Shown: one piece after another, positions 9,743 through 19,600 of the stretch
Position numbering within the stretch: position 1 is the stretch's first letter
Layout: every line of letters begins with the position of its first letter
Origin: Candidatus Poseidoniaceae archaeon
GTDB taxonomy: Archaea; Thermoplasmatota; Poseidoniia; Poseidoniales; Poseidoniaceae
DNA: 64,000 nucleotides
NCBI GenBank assembly: GCA_938075675.1
Contig: CALJHE010000003.1
Location: 51,738 to 115,737, forward strand
Direction of reading: 5' to 3'
Program-made: the position numbers and the translations under genes
The notes under the pieces: model-generated
Told to the model about the DNA's origin: nothing
Database searches by the model: none
What the model saw: the letters and a program-made list of their open reading frames with translations, nothing else

Positions 9743-11238
9743 GTCATTTGTTTGAACACAACGGCGCCAAAGGACAAGGTTATTCACAGCCAGCACCAGT
9801 ATTACCCGCCTCTGAAATAACGCTCCCATCCGGATTGATTAGGAAAGCACTTCCTCGATGGCCTCGACTTTCGGAACCTGAAATGGTCCGGCATTACACT
9901 TGGCTCTCGAAGAGGAACTTCGGAATCGACACAGGATTCTATCCCCTCGGATCTTGTACCATGAAACACAATCCGCGTGTCAATGAAGTCATTGCCCAGA
10001 TTCCTGGAATCGCAGACATTCACCCTCATCAACCCGAGCATCATCTTCAGGGATTATTGTCGATCTTCCATGAGATGCAATACATGCTTGAGGTCTGTGC
10101 AGGAATGGATCAAGTGACACTTCAGCCTGTTGCTGGCGCACAAGGTGAATTTACCGCAGTTCGATGCATACAGGAATACTTCCGACTGCGTGGGGAAGTT
10201 CAGCGTACCAAAGTGATTGTACCAGACTCAGCCCACGGGACCAACCCTGCCAGTGCAGCAATGTGTGGATTTGAAATTGTCGAAATTCCAAGCCGTACTG
10301 ACGGAAGAATCGATTTGGACGCTCTTCGTGCAGTCGCAGACGATACAATCGCTGTCATGATGATTACCAACCCAAACACCCTTGGATTGTTTGAAGAAGA
10401 CATTTTGGAAGCCTCATCAATCGTTCACGGCGTAGGAGGTCAAATGTACTATGACGGCGCTAATTTCAATGCGATTCTTGGCATTACATCTCCTGGCTTA
10501 ATGGGCTTCGATGCTGTTCACTTCAATCTACACAAGACCTTCAGCCAACCTCACGGCGGTGGCGGGCCAGGTTCCGGTCCGATCGGAGTCAAGGAGCACC
10601 TTGCCCAGTTCCTTCCCGGTCCGTTGGTTGGAAAGCGCGCTGCAGCCGGTGATGAATTGGATGCGGCAGTTGATGAGAACTGGTACCATTGGTATCAACC
10701 AACGCACAGCATTGGGAAAGTGCAGCAATGGCATGGCAATGCGGGTGCAATCATCCGGTGCTGGGCGTACTACCGACGCTATGGCCGTGGACTTCGTACA
10801 ATGTCTGAACATGCTGTTCTCAACGCTAATTATCTGCGTCATGCGATTCACAAGGCAACCAAAGAAGCCGGTGTTGACTCACTTGTTGTTGACGGTGCAG
10901 AAGCAAAGGTCGCCAAACACGAGTTCACCCTTTCACTCGCACCTGCGAAGGAAGCACATGGCATCTCTGCTATGGATGTAGCAAAAGGACTTCTCGACAT
11001 GGGTTACATGGCACCTACTGTATACTTCCCGTTGGTCGTTCCAGAGTGTATGATGGTCGAACCTACCGAAACTGAAAGCAAAGATACACTCGACACTTTC
11101 GCAACCCACTTCGCAGAAGTTTTGCAAGTCGATGCTGAAACTCTTCATGCTGCACCGGTCACAACGCCTGTTCGCCGTGTCGACGAAGTGTATGCTGCTC
11201 GCAATCTCTGCTTACGACATCCATACGATGAAGAGTAA
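9739..11238 (+). CDS. gcvPB: glycine dehydrogenase (decarboxylating) subunit 2
   Basis: P-protein C-terminal half. ATG at 9739 (MSHLFEH...) overlaps the gcvPA stop in ATGA and is preferred over the track start at 9712. Confidence 0.85.
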   Translation: MSHLFEHNGAKGQGYSQPAPVLPASEITLPSGLIRKALPRWPRLSEPEMVRHYTWLSKRNFGIDTGFYPLGSCTMKHNPRVNEVIAQIPGIADIHPHQPEHHLQGLLSIFHEMQYMLEVCAGMDQVTLQPVAGAQGEFTAVRCIQEYFRLRGEVQRTKVIVPDSAHGTNPASAAMCGFEIVEIPSRTDGRIDLDALRAVADDTIAVMMITNPNTLGLFEEDILEASSIVHGVGGQMYYDGANFNAILGITSPGLMGFDAVHFNLHKTFSQPHGGGGPGSGPIGVKEHLAQFLPGPLVGKRAAAGDELDAAVDENWYHWYQPTHSIGKVQQWHGNAGAIIRCWAYYRRYGRGLRTMSEHAVLNANYLRHAIHKATKEAGVDSLVVDGAEAKVAKHEFTLSLAPAKEAHGISAMDVAKGLLDMGYMAPTVYFPLVVPECMMVEPTETESKDTLDTFATHFAEVLQVDAETLHAAPVTTPVRRVDEVYAARNLCLRHPYDEE

Positions 11239-11273
11239 GAAATGCGTATATAGCGAACCGGAGTAGCAGCGGC

Positions 11274-11942
11274 ATGGATGTCCGTAAAATGCGCACATTT
11301 GGTTGGACCCGAGTTGAGTTGACCCGTCGACCTTCTCGTGTTCTTTACCCGATGGCTTGGGGCATGCTACCTCTTGGGTTTGCCTTTATGATGTGGTTGT
11401 TTGGCTCTTCGCCGGAATACATCCCCTGGTTTGGGGCAGCAAGCATGCTACTGATGCTCGTTGGAGGATTAGCCGGTGTGTCAAGCCGGTTTGGTACACT
11501 CAATGCCTCCAAAGTTGGTGTAGGGCTGGTATCCATCTGTTTCGGTGTCATGGTATGGGCGTTGGTGGCACAAGAAACGGTCTCAGTAGTTTTTGGCCTC
11601 GGATATTCTGCCGCCTCAACCTATGTCTTGGTGAAGGCTCTCGACTTCATATTCAGGGATGCCGGGTATGTTTTCGAAAGAGAATGGGATGCGAAGCAGA
11701 ATATTCCTCGTGGCGCACTTCACGGCTGGGACATCAAGACGACTCGTTTTTCTCAAACATGCATGGCCTTGAAACGCTTCAACGGTAATTCATTTGTACA
11801 GATCTACGGTGTTGTACGTGACGGTACTTCTTACCTGCGATTTGACCTTCTCGGGTGTGAGTCGAAATTGGAGTTTAAAGCGATGAATTTCGGTGTTGAA
11901 TGGCCCGATTTTCAGGCGATTGGTCATTCCCAAGAGGAATGA
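11274..11942 (+). CDS. hypothetical polytopic membrane protein
   Basis: ATG start, 4-5 predicted TM helices. A T8 run follows the stop. Confidence 0.4.
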   Translation: MDVRKMRTFGWTRVELTRRPSRVLYPMAWGMLPLGFAFMMWLFGSSPEYIPWFGAASMLLMLVGGLAGVSSRFGTLNASKVGVGLVSICFGVMVWALVAQETVSVVFGLGYSAASTYVLVKALDFIFRDAGYVFEREWDAKQNIPRGALHGWDIKTTRFSQTCMALKRFNGNSFVQIYGVVRDGTSYLRFDLLGCESKLEFKAMNFGVEWPDFQAIGHSQEE

Positions 11943-11950
11943 TTTCCGAC

Positions 11951-11960
11951 TTTTTTTTCT
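11951..11960 (+). terminator. T8 tract after the membrane-protein gene (archaeal-type oligo-T terminator candidate)
   Basis: TTTTTTTTCT about 9 nt downstream of the stop at 11942. A similar T6 tract lies at 5343-5348 after the decarboxylase gene. Confidence 0.3.
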
Positions 11961-12008
11961 TCATTTTCAAGAGGCATCTTGATGAACCACCCGCGCAGGG
12001 ACAGACAC

Positions 12009-12488
12009 ATGGATGTAACAATTCTACTCGGGTCCTCATCGGACATGCCAGTTGCTGAAAAATGTACAAAAATTCTCGAACACTTCAACGTCAGTTATCA
12101 ATTGCGAGTTGCAAGCGCTCACCGCTCTCCACAATTCGTTGAACAAATTATCCATGATGCTGAGAATGACGGCTGCCAACTTTTCATTGCAATGGCAGGC
12201 CTTGCTGCTGCCCTCCCTGGGGCAGTGGCAGCACTGACTACAAAGCCAGTTATTGGGGTTCCATGCGGTGGGCGAGTTCCATTTGATTCGCTCCTCTCTA
12301 TTGTCCAATTGCCTCCTGGCGTCCCAGCAGCAACCGTTGGAGTTGACCGTGGTGACAACGCAGGCTACCTTGCCACACAAATTCTAGCACTTAAGAACCC
12401 AGAATATGCAGCAGCTCTCAAACAAAACAAGCTCGACCAAGTTGAGCGAGTAAAGGCCCAAGACCGTGAGGTCAATGGGGGAGTTTGA
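12009..12488 (+). CDS. purE: N5-carboxyaminoimidazole ribonucleotide mutase (AIR carboxylase catalytic subunit)
   Basis: VTILLGSSSD...ASAHR motifs. Track start 11979 is TTG. ATG at 12009 matches the usual PurE N-terminus. Confidence 0.8.
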   Translation: MDVTILLGSSSDMPVAEKCTKILEHFNVSYQLRVASAHRSPQFVEQIIHDAENDGCQLFIAMAGLAAALPGAVAALTTKPVIGVPCGGRVPFDSLLSIVQLPPGVPAATVGVDRGDNAGYLATQILALKNPEYAAALKQNKLDQVERVKAQDREVNGGV

Positions 12489-12489
12489 G

Positions 12490-13440
12490 ATGTTTGATTC
12501 CAATGAATTCATACAAGAATCCATTGAATCACTCAAATCCACAATCGATGATGTTGCTATTATTGCTTGTTCCGGCGGCGTTGATTCGACCGTAGCAGCA
12601 GTCATTGCCAATCAAGCAGTCGGCGATTTGTTGCACTGCGTTTATGTTGACACAGGTTTCATGCGCAAAGGTGAAACAGAAGAGATTGAAGAACTTCTCG
12701 CTGCTCAAGGGATTCAAAACCTCGTTACCGTCAAGGCAGCAGACCGTTATTTTGAGGCGCTCAAGGGCGTTACTGAACCGGAGCAAAAGCGAAAGGTCAT
12801 CGGCGAACTTTTCATTCGCATTTTTGAGGATGAACAGAAAAAGTGTGGGGCGAAGTACCTTGTTCAAGGAACAATTGCACCAGATTGGATTGAATCCGGC
12901 GGTGGTGTTCGTGACACCATCAAATCCCACCACAACGTCGGTGGGCTACCAAAGGACATGACACTCACAGTGGTCGAACCTCTACGCGATTTGTACAAGG
13001 ACGAAGTCCGTGAATTAGCACGAACTCTTGAGATCAATGTGGCTGAACGTCAGCCTTTCCCCGGCCCAGGACTAGCGGTACGAACGCTTGGTGATCTGAC
13101 TCCCGAGCGTGTTGCTGTTGTCCGTGAAGCGTGTGCTATTGTCGAAGAAGAGTTCGAACGAGCAGCAGAAGCTGGAGAGATGGAGATTCCATGGCAGTAC
13201 TTTGCCGCCCTTCTACCCGTCCGAAGTGTCGGTGTCCATGGTGATGTCCGTGCATACGGAGAAACGATTGTGGTTCGTGCAGTTCAATCAATGGACGGAA
13301 TGTCCGCTCGATACTCGGAAATACCACACCACATCTTGCAAAAAATCAGTACCCGTATTACCAATACGGTCAAGGGCGCTGTTAACCGAGTTGTCTATGA
13401 CATCACTCACAAGCCACCTGGCACCATTGAGTGGGAATGA
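12490..13440 (+). CDS. guaA: GMP synthase subunit B (ATP pyrophosphatase), archaeal two-subunit type
   Basis: PP-loop SGGVDSTV, C-terminal PPGTIEWE. ATG at 12490 immediately follows the purE stop (TGAgATG). Track start 12466 is GTG. Confidence 0.8.
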   Translation: MFDSNEFIQESIESLKSTIDDVAIIACSGGVDSTVAAVIANQAVGDLLHCVYVDTGFMRKGETEEIEELLAAQGIQNLVTVKAADRYFEALKGVTEPEQKRKVIGELFIRIFEDEQKKCGAKYLVQGTIAPDWIESGGGVRDTIKSHHNVGGLPKDMTLTVVEPLRDLYKDEVRELARTLEINVAERQPFPGPGLAVRTLGDLTPERVAVVREACAIVEEEFERAAEAGEMEIPWQYFAALLPVRSVGVHGDVRAYGETIVVRAVQSMDGMSARYSEIPHHILQKISTRITNTVKGAVNRVVYDITHKPPGTIEWE

Positions 13441-13461
13441 CATTCTAGATGTGTGAAATTA

Positions 13462-13534
13462 CGCCGATTGAGGGGTTCGAACCCTCGACCTTGGGATTAA
13501 CAGTCCCACGCTCCACCAGCTAAGCTAAATCGGC
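13462..13534 (-). tRNA. tRNA-Asn (anticodon GTT), CCA not encoded
   Basis: Cloverleaf folded by hand. Acceptor GCCGATT/AATCGGC, D-stem GCTT/GAGC, anticodon stem TGGGA/TCCCA with loop CTGTTAA, T-arm GAGGG-TTCGAAC-CCCTC, discriminator G. Confidence 0.85.
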
Positions 13535-13569
13535 ATCGTTGGCGAACCGCCTCCCCTTTATGACGGCTT

Positions 13570-14904
13570 CTATTGTTCAGACTCGACAACGGTCCTGATG
13601 AGCCGTGAGAACGGCTCTCCCCTTTGGTTGCTGATACGAAGTGCATTGGTCAGTTTACTGCGGTGCTCAGAGCTTAATGGCTCTTCATGGTGGACGACCA
13701 TCCATGTTTCTCCCGCAGAAATTTCCGTGTTCTTAACTGAATGAAGAACAAAGCCTACAGTGTGCATTATCTCGTCATCCATCGAAAATCTCCCCGCTCC
13801 GAGTTCACGAGCAACCTCTGCCAAGGCCATGGCATCAATTGAATCGACATATCCAGTATGAGTGGATGTTAACTCGGTTCGTAGACTCGATTGCGGTAAG
13901 ACGCTTTGCGGGTCAACTGCCAATTGTTGAGCGACGGAACTGCTCGTGCCTTGCTGGATGCACATAGCGACAAAGACCTCCAATGCCTGTCCTCCGTCGA
14001 GGACTTGACCGATCATTCGCATCCCGTCTTCGAGCGTTGCAGCTTTGCCAGTGAGATTCAGTAATTGGCCACCTTGGAGCATCACGAGTTCACGTGTATC
14101 CTTTGAGCCTTGACCTTGAAGTACGAGTATGCTACCTGTGACCTCGAGAGCGTTTCCAATGTGCGTTCCAATGGGTTCGTTCATGTCGGTGACTTGTGCA
14201 ATCGTTTTGATGCCAAGACCGTTTGCAGTGCGGACCATTGATTCTGCAAGTTGGACAGCATCGTGCTCCGTTTTCATGAAAGCTGCTCGACCGCATTTGA
14301 CATCAAGGACCAATGCATTCAGTCCTTCTGCTGCTTTCTTTGAAACGATTGAAGCAGTGATGAGTGGGATACTGTCAACGGTATCCGTCACATCTCGAAT
14401 GGCATAGAGCAGTCCATCTGCTGGAGCGATCGAGTCGTTCTGGGCGGCGATGCAGCATCCAATTTCCTTGACTGCGATAGACATGGCATCAGGTGAAAGG
14501 TTGCAGTTGAAACCGGGAATAGATTCGAGTTTATCGATTGTTCCTCCTGTATGCCCAAGCCCTCTTCCAGCAAGCATCGGGATGCGTACTCCACATGCCG
14601 CAAGAGCTGGAGCAAGAATGAGTGACATCTTGTCGCCAACTCCACCCGTACTGTGTTTGTCGCAAATATTTGCGTCGCCTTTCCAAGATAAAACAGCCCC
14701 TGAATTCATCATGCCGGCAGTGAGGGCAGTCGTTTCCTCTACTGAAATGCCATTGGAATGAACACACTTCAGCCACTCTTCGATGAGCGTGACAGAAATA
14801 GAGCGTTGAGCGACGCCTTCAATGAACTCACCCAAGTCCTCAAGTGACATTTTTTCCCCTTCACGGACAGCATCGCACATTCGGTGAACGAGAGTCTTGC
14901 TCAT
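13570..14904 (-). CDS. thymidine / pyrimidine-nucleoside phosphorylase (DeoA family)
   Basis: DKHSTGGVGDK and GRGLGHTGGTIDKLESIPG motifs. Track start 14913 is GTG. In-frame ATG (MSKTLVH) at 14904. Confidence 0.75.
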   Translation of the reverse strand: MSKTLVHRMCDAVREGEKMSLEDLGEFIEGVAQRSISVTLIEEWLKCVHSNGISVEETTALTAGMMNSGAVLSWKGDANICDKHSTGGVGDKMSLILAPALAACGVRIPMLAGRGLGHTGGTIDKLESIPGFNCNLSPDAMSIAVKEIGCCIAAQNDSIAPADGLLYAIRDVTDTVDSIPLITASIVSKKAAEGLNALVLDVKCGRAAFMKTEHDAVQLAESMVRTANGLGIKTIAQVTDMNEPIGTHIGNALEVTGSILVLQGQGSKDTRELVMLQGGQLLNLTGKAATLEDGMRMIGQVLDGGQALEVFVAMCIQQGTSSSVAQQLAVDPQSVLPQSSLRTELTSTHTGYVDSIDAMALAEVARELGAGRFSMDDEIMHTVGFVLHSVKNTEISAGETWMVVHHEEPLSSEHRSKLTNALRISNQRGEPFSRLIRTVVESEQ

Positions 14905-14909
14905 GGCGT

Positions 14910-15863
14910 TCACTTCTCTTTTGCTAGACCGATTTCTACGAGACGTTGGTGGAGATAATCACCAGCAGTAATGGATTGGTAGTTGACTTTTCCACCGGTC
15001 ATTTCAACGAATTCTTGGCGGGGAGTCAGGTCAATTTCATTCCGTGGATGAACAAACATTGGCATTGAGAAACGTCGCTCGTTTGAGTTTTCAGGATTTA
15101 CCACGCGATGGGTTGTTGACTTGAACAATCCATTGGTCAAGTTTTGAAGCATGTCTCCAGAGTCAACAATGATGTGACTCGCATCACCTTCAACTTGAAT
15201 CCAACTTCCATCATGGTCCATGACTTCAAGACCATCTGCGGTAGCAGTTACCAGCAATGTGATGAAATTGATGTCTTCATGGGCTGCAGAACGAACTGCG
15301 CCTTTGGGTACATCGTTGCCAAGTGGCGGATAGTGGATGATGCGCATGATTGTGTTGCCATCTTCTGCCATCGATCCCAGCCAGTCCATCGGTTTGTCAA
15401 GATAGAGGCTGCAGGATTGAAGTAAGTTTTGAGACAATTGTTCCATCTGTACGTACAGTCCGTCGATAACAGGTTTGAACCCAGATACATGTCGGTCTGG
15501 CCACACATTTGGAACATAGGTCGGAGTTTTGCCACTGGTAGGGTGGCTGCGACCGGTTTGCCAGAATTCTTTGAGGTCTGGTGCTGGATTGTTCTTTGCG
15601 TGTTCAACACCGAAAGCAGTGTAGCCTCTTTGATGAGCGATTTGAGGTTGCAGGTATGAGTGCTTCACTTCGTCACTAAGGGCGAAGAATTCGTCGCCTA
15701 GGCGATAGGACTCCTCAACGGCTTCCAAGGGGATGCCATGGTTCTTCAAGGCAAAGAATCCGATGTCTTTTAGAGAGTCTCCAACTGCTTGGATGAACTT
15801 GAGTTTACGGTTTTCATCTTGACTGAGGAAGTCTGCGTAGTCGACTACGGGGATACTACGCAT
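14910..15863 (-). CDS. 2-oxoglutarate/Fe(II)-dependent oxygenase (isopenicillin-N-synthase-like family)
   Basis: HxD...H facial triad (AHEDINFITLL ... TTHRVVNP), about 317 aa. Coordinates are from the ORF track. Confidence 0.65.
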   Translation of the reverse strand: MRSIPVVDYADFLSQDENRKLKFIQAVGDSLKDIGFFALKNHGIPLEAVEESYRLGDEFFALSDEVKHSYLQPQIAHQRGYTAFGVEHAKNNPAPDLKEFWQTGRSHPTSGKTPTYVPNVWPDRHVSGFKPVIDGLYVQMEQLSQNLLQSCSLYLDKPMDWLGSMAEDGNTIMRIIHYPPLGNDVPKGAVRSAAHEDINFITLLVTATADGLEVMDHDGSWIQVEGDASHIIVDSGDMLQNLTNGLFKSTTHRVVNPENSNERRFSMPMFVHPRNEIDLTPRQEFVEMTGGKVNYQSITAGDYLHQRLVEIGLAKEK

Positions 15864-15872
15864 CCATTCACC

Positions 15873-16658
15873 TCAGTTCATGTTGGAGCGAACCTTGCTA
15901 AGGAGGCGCAGCATTTCAACGTAAATCCAGATGACGGTGACCAGTAGTCCGAAGGCACCCCACCATTCACCAACTTTAGGCGTACGCTGTTTTATTCCAT
16001 TTTCAATGAAATTGAAATCCAACACGAGATTCAATGCCGCAACAACAAGTATGAACAACGTCAATCCGATTCCAATTGGCCCGGAAGTATGTAAGAACGG
16101 AACTTGGATGGAGCCTGGGATCAGGTACAGTATGATGGATATTGCATAAAGAATCATGATTCCGAGGGTGAGGCTGATCACAACACGCTGGAACATCGGT
16201 GTCGCTTTGATGATTCGACTTGCATACAATCCATACATCCCAGCAACGATGCTGAGTGTTCCGATTCCTGCTTGGAAAACGATACCTTCGTACATGCTTT
16301 CAAAAAAGAGCGAAATCCCTCCAATGAATGCGCCTTCGAAAACTGCGTAGGTCATCATGAGCGGAACGGGATTTTTAGGGCGTATCAGGAAAAGTGCAAG
16401 CATAATGGCAATACCTCCAAACATGCCGCCCATCATTGCAGTGAAAGCAATGCCGATATCGATTGTAAGAGCTGTGTAAAGGACCATTGCAGCAACGAAG
16501 AGTGTAGTTCCAAAAAGAATACCAATCTTCTGCATCACACCTTCGTAGGTCATTGATTGATGCCCTTCTATGCTGTTCCAAAAATTGTTTGACAGGACTG
16601 GATTACTTGATGTGTATGCCATAGTTATCGAGCATACCACGGAGTGGTCCTTTGTCAA
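15873..16658 (-). CDS. Bax-inhibitor-1/YccA family membrane protein
   Basis: About 230-260 aa with 7 predicted TM helices and a C-terminal IWIYVEMLRLL segment typical of the BI-1/YccA family. 11 nt downstream of the nuclease gene. Confidence 0.5.
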   Translation of the reverse strand: MTKDHSVVCSITMAYTSSNPVLSNNFWNSIEGHQSMTYEGVMQKIGILFGTTLFVAAMVLYTALTIDIGIAFTAMMGGMFGGIAIMLALFLIRPKNPVPLMMTYAVFEGAFIGGISLFFESMYEGIVFQAGIGTLSIVAGMYGLYASRIIKATPMFQRVVISLTLGIMILYAISIILYLIPGSIQVPFLHTSGPIGIGLTLFILVVAALNLVLDFNFIENGIKQRTPKVGEWWGAFGLLVTVIWIYVEMLRLLSKVRSNMN

Positions 16659-16669
16659 ACTTGCGTCAA

Positions 16670-19600
16670 TTATGAGTTCTCATCGACTTGTTGCTGATAA
16701 TATGCGGCAAGTTCGTCCATCGGCCATCCTTGGTCAAGATATGTTTGAATGGTTTCCTCGGACCAGCCGGGGCACCGTGCCAAATCGGCAGGTGAAATAC
16801 GTCCTGGTGAATCGGGTGTTCCACTGCCATCCAAGACTGGCATCTCCCAGTTATCAGAGTCCATTTCACCATTGGCCAATGCCTCAAGGTTTTGGCTTTC
16901 AATCGTAATGAGATCTTTTACCTCTTCTCCTTCGGATTCGATGTTACGTAGTATCAAGTAAGCGCCTGCAGCAAGTACGATGCCACCCAGCATGACCAAT
17001 GCCATGAGCGTGGCTCCAAAGTCAGTACCTGAATCAGCACTTGGTGTTGCTATCGAGTTGCGTTGTTCAGTGGAACATCCATCATCACTCACTGGGACAT
17101 TCGATGGAGTGTCAGGACACGTGTCATCTCGATTGATTACACCATCACCATCGTCATCAAGCAGGTCGTTGTCAATGACTGAGTCATTGTCATCTGGGAT
17201 GACGCCGGCTAGGTCGCAACCGAGTGCCTCTGATTCATTCACGCCGTCTCCATCAGCATCGGCAAGCAGCAGTGCATCTCTGGGTGAAATATCGTCGACT
17301 GATGGGTCCAAAGCAGTTGCTTGAGCCCAGGTGACTTCGATCAAATCTGGAATACAATCTCCGTCAGTGTCGGCATTGGTTGCATGGCTTCCATACACAT
17401 ACTCGACGTTGTTTGTTAGTCCGTCTCCATCAGCGTCATGTTCTCCTTCGAGGATGTTGAAATTTGGTAGGGTACGTATTGTACGGTTGAGACCATTGGC
17501 GACTTCCCAGTAGTCTGGGAGTCCATCGTTGTCTGTATCGGTAACGTTATCGGTTCGAATCCAATCACGATACCATCCTGCCATGAACGGGGCAGTTACT
17601 TCTGTACTGCTCAGAATGAGCCCCATCTCGCGATTGCGTGTTGGAGCAGAATCTCCCCAGTTGATGGAGGAAATAAGCACATGCTCTCCGTCCACGATCA
17701 TACCCTTGTTGTGAAGTTTGGAAACATCATCGTCTTCGCTCATGACAATAGCACTGACATCGTAACCGAGTGAAGAGTTCCATTCTTCGTTGAATGTGTC
17801 AACGACTTCTTGGATGTCTTTGTCGAGGTATGCTCCATTAAGGATGAGTCGAATACGGACATCCTGCTTTGCAGCATCTTCCAGAGCACTGACAATTGGG
17901 TTGTCACCCCATCCCCAGCTCCACTCAACATCGAGATATTGCAGAGAGAGAAGGATTTCTTCATCAGCTTGTTGAATCATCCATACGATGCCATCAACAC
18001 AAGTGTCTGGGCAAGTAATCAATCGGCCACTCACATCTGTTGTGATGGAGTCTGCGGCAGTTCCGTTCACGAGTGGCTTTAGAGCATCCAAAGACCATCC
18101 ATTTGGGGCAGAATTGGCGCTCACTTGCGTGATGTAGGTGCGGCTGAGTGATTCATCGTACGATATTTGTTCTAAAACTTGCAGAGCAAGGTCCGTGTTT
18201 TCAATAAGAACGCCCCACTCGGAGTTTCCTCTGTCATCAGGGGCCGGTTGGGACGAACTCTTCCAATTTCCAGAACTCATCCAAACGCTGGTGTTGTCTC
18301 GAACGGCCACCTTGCTGTGAATGTAGGTGTATGGCTCATCGCTTTGTCCTCCAAACCATAGGGTTGTGATTCCTGCTGTAGCCAAAAGTCCAGCAACGCC
18401 GAGTTGGTTGTTCTTGTCGTAGTTGTTCCACCAATACTCGGCAGTGTTGAGGACAACGGTGACATCAACACCGCGGTTGTGTGCTTCAATCAAAGCTTGC
18501 ACAAGGTTCGGTTGTTCAATTTGGTAAAGGTGGACATGGAGAGTTTCAGACGCACCATCAATCCAGTTCAACAAATCGATGAGTCCTTCTTGAGGTCCGA
18601 TCAGAGGTGTAACTGTGCTGATACCACTGAATTCTGTTGGGCCGCAGAACGTGCTCGCACCTAGCCGTCCCCATCGGTGTTGCCAATCCACGGCAAGGTC
18701 CGTGTCTGGTAGGTTGCCACATCCATCGCCGCGGTGGTAGACCAGAAGCGATATGCTGGAAACAGGTTCGACCAAACTAATGCCGCTCCATCCTGCGATG
18801 TCGACTGGGCCGTTTCCGTAAACGAACGTATCTGCTAGCATTCCCGAGGGGGTCAGAATGTTCACTGCAGCACCAGAATCTGGGAGTGTGAACCCACTCG
18901 GGCTGAGTGCTTCATCAAATTCAATTCCCATGCCATCTTCATAGACTGAGAGTCCACTCACGTCTGCTACGAGAAGAATTGAACTGGCTGCTGCAATACT
19001 CACATCACCGATTTGATAGTTTGTGGCTTCATTCGCAGAGTTCACCATGGTGAGCGTCCATCCATTCATGTATGCAAGACTGTCTCCAATATTGCTAATT
19101 TCAATAAATTCTGTGTTCGCTGAAATGTCGGTTGAACCTTCGGGCATGAAGCGGCTGAATACAATGTCGTCTGCTTCTGCAAAGAGGCTTGGGTCTGGTT
19201 CTGCAGCGCCGGGGGTAGGCCAAAGAAGGGTTTGCCAACCGGACATATCATCGCTCGGACCCACTGTTTGACAGTCACTAACAATACTCCATTGTGCCAT
19301 ATCGACAACAAGGCCATCAGGATTCGAGAGTGAGAATTGGTCGGACAGGCCTGAAAGAACATCGTCATCCATGAGAAGCACTGCACGTTCTTGTGGAGCG
19401 AGTACCATGCTGCTCTGATTCCACATGGAGGTGCTACGTAAGAACCGTCGGTCTTCGCTTGCGGTATCAATTCTCCAACGGCTAATGTTCAGGTCTTCTG
19501 TGCCGTTGTTCATCACTTCAATCCAATCTTCAACTGGAGTGATGGAATCATCGTTACAGTAAGCGAGTGCTTCAGTGAGCACCAAGTCATTTGAACCGGA

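Noticed and set aside
15835-15865. Apparent 1-nt discrepancy between my reading of the printed sequence and the ORF-track frame at the 2OG-oxygenase start
   Set aside because: Coordinates checked at flanking genes (14910 stop, 21562 start) are consistent. I treated it as a local transcription ambiguity and used the ORF-track coordinates rather than inferring a frameshift.
16104-16556. 150-aa Cys/His-rich plus-strand ORF
   Set aside because: Antisense to the well-supported BI-1/YccA-like membrane protein gene. Composition reflects the reverse complement of hydrophobic codons.
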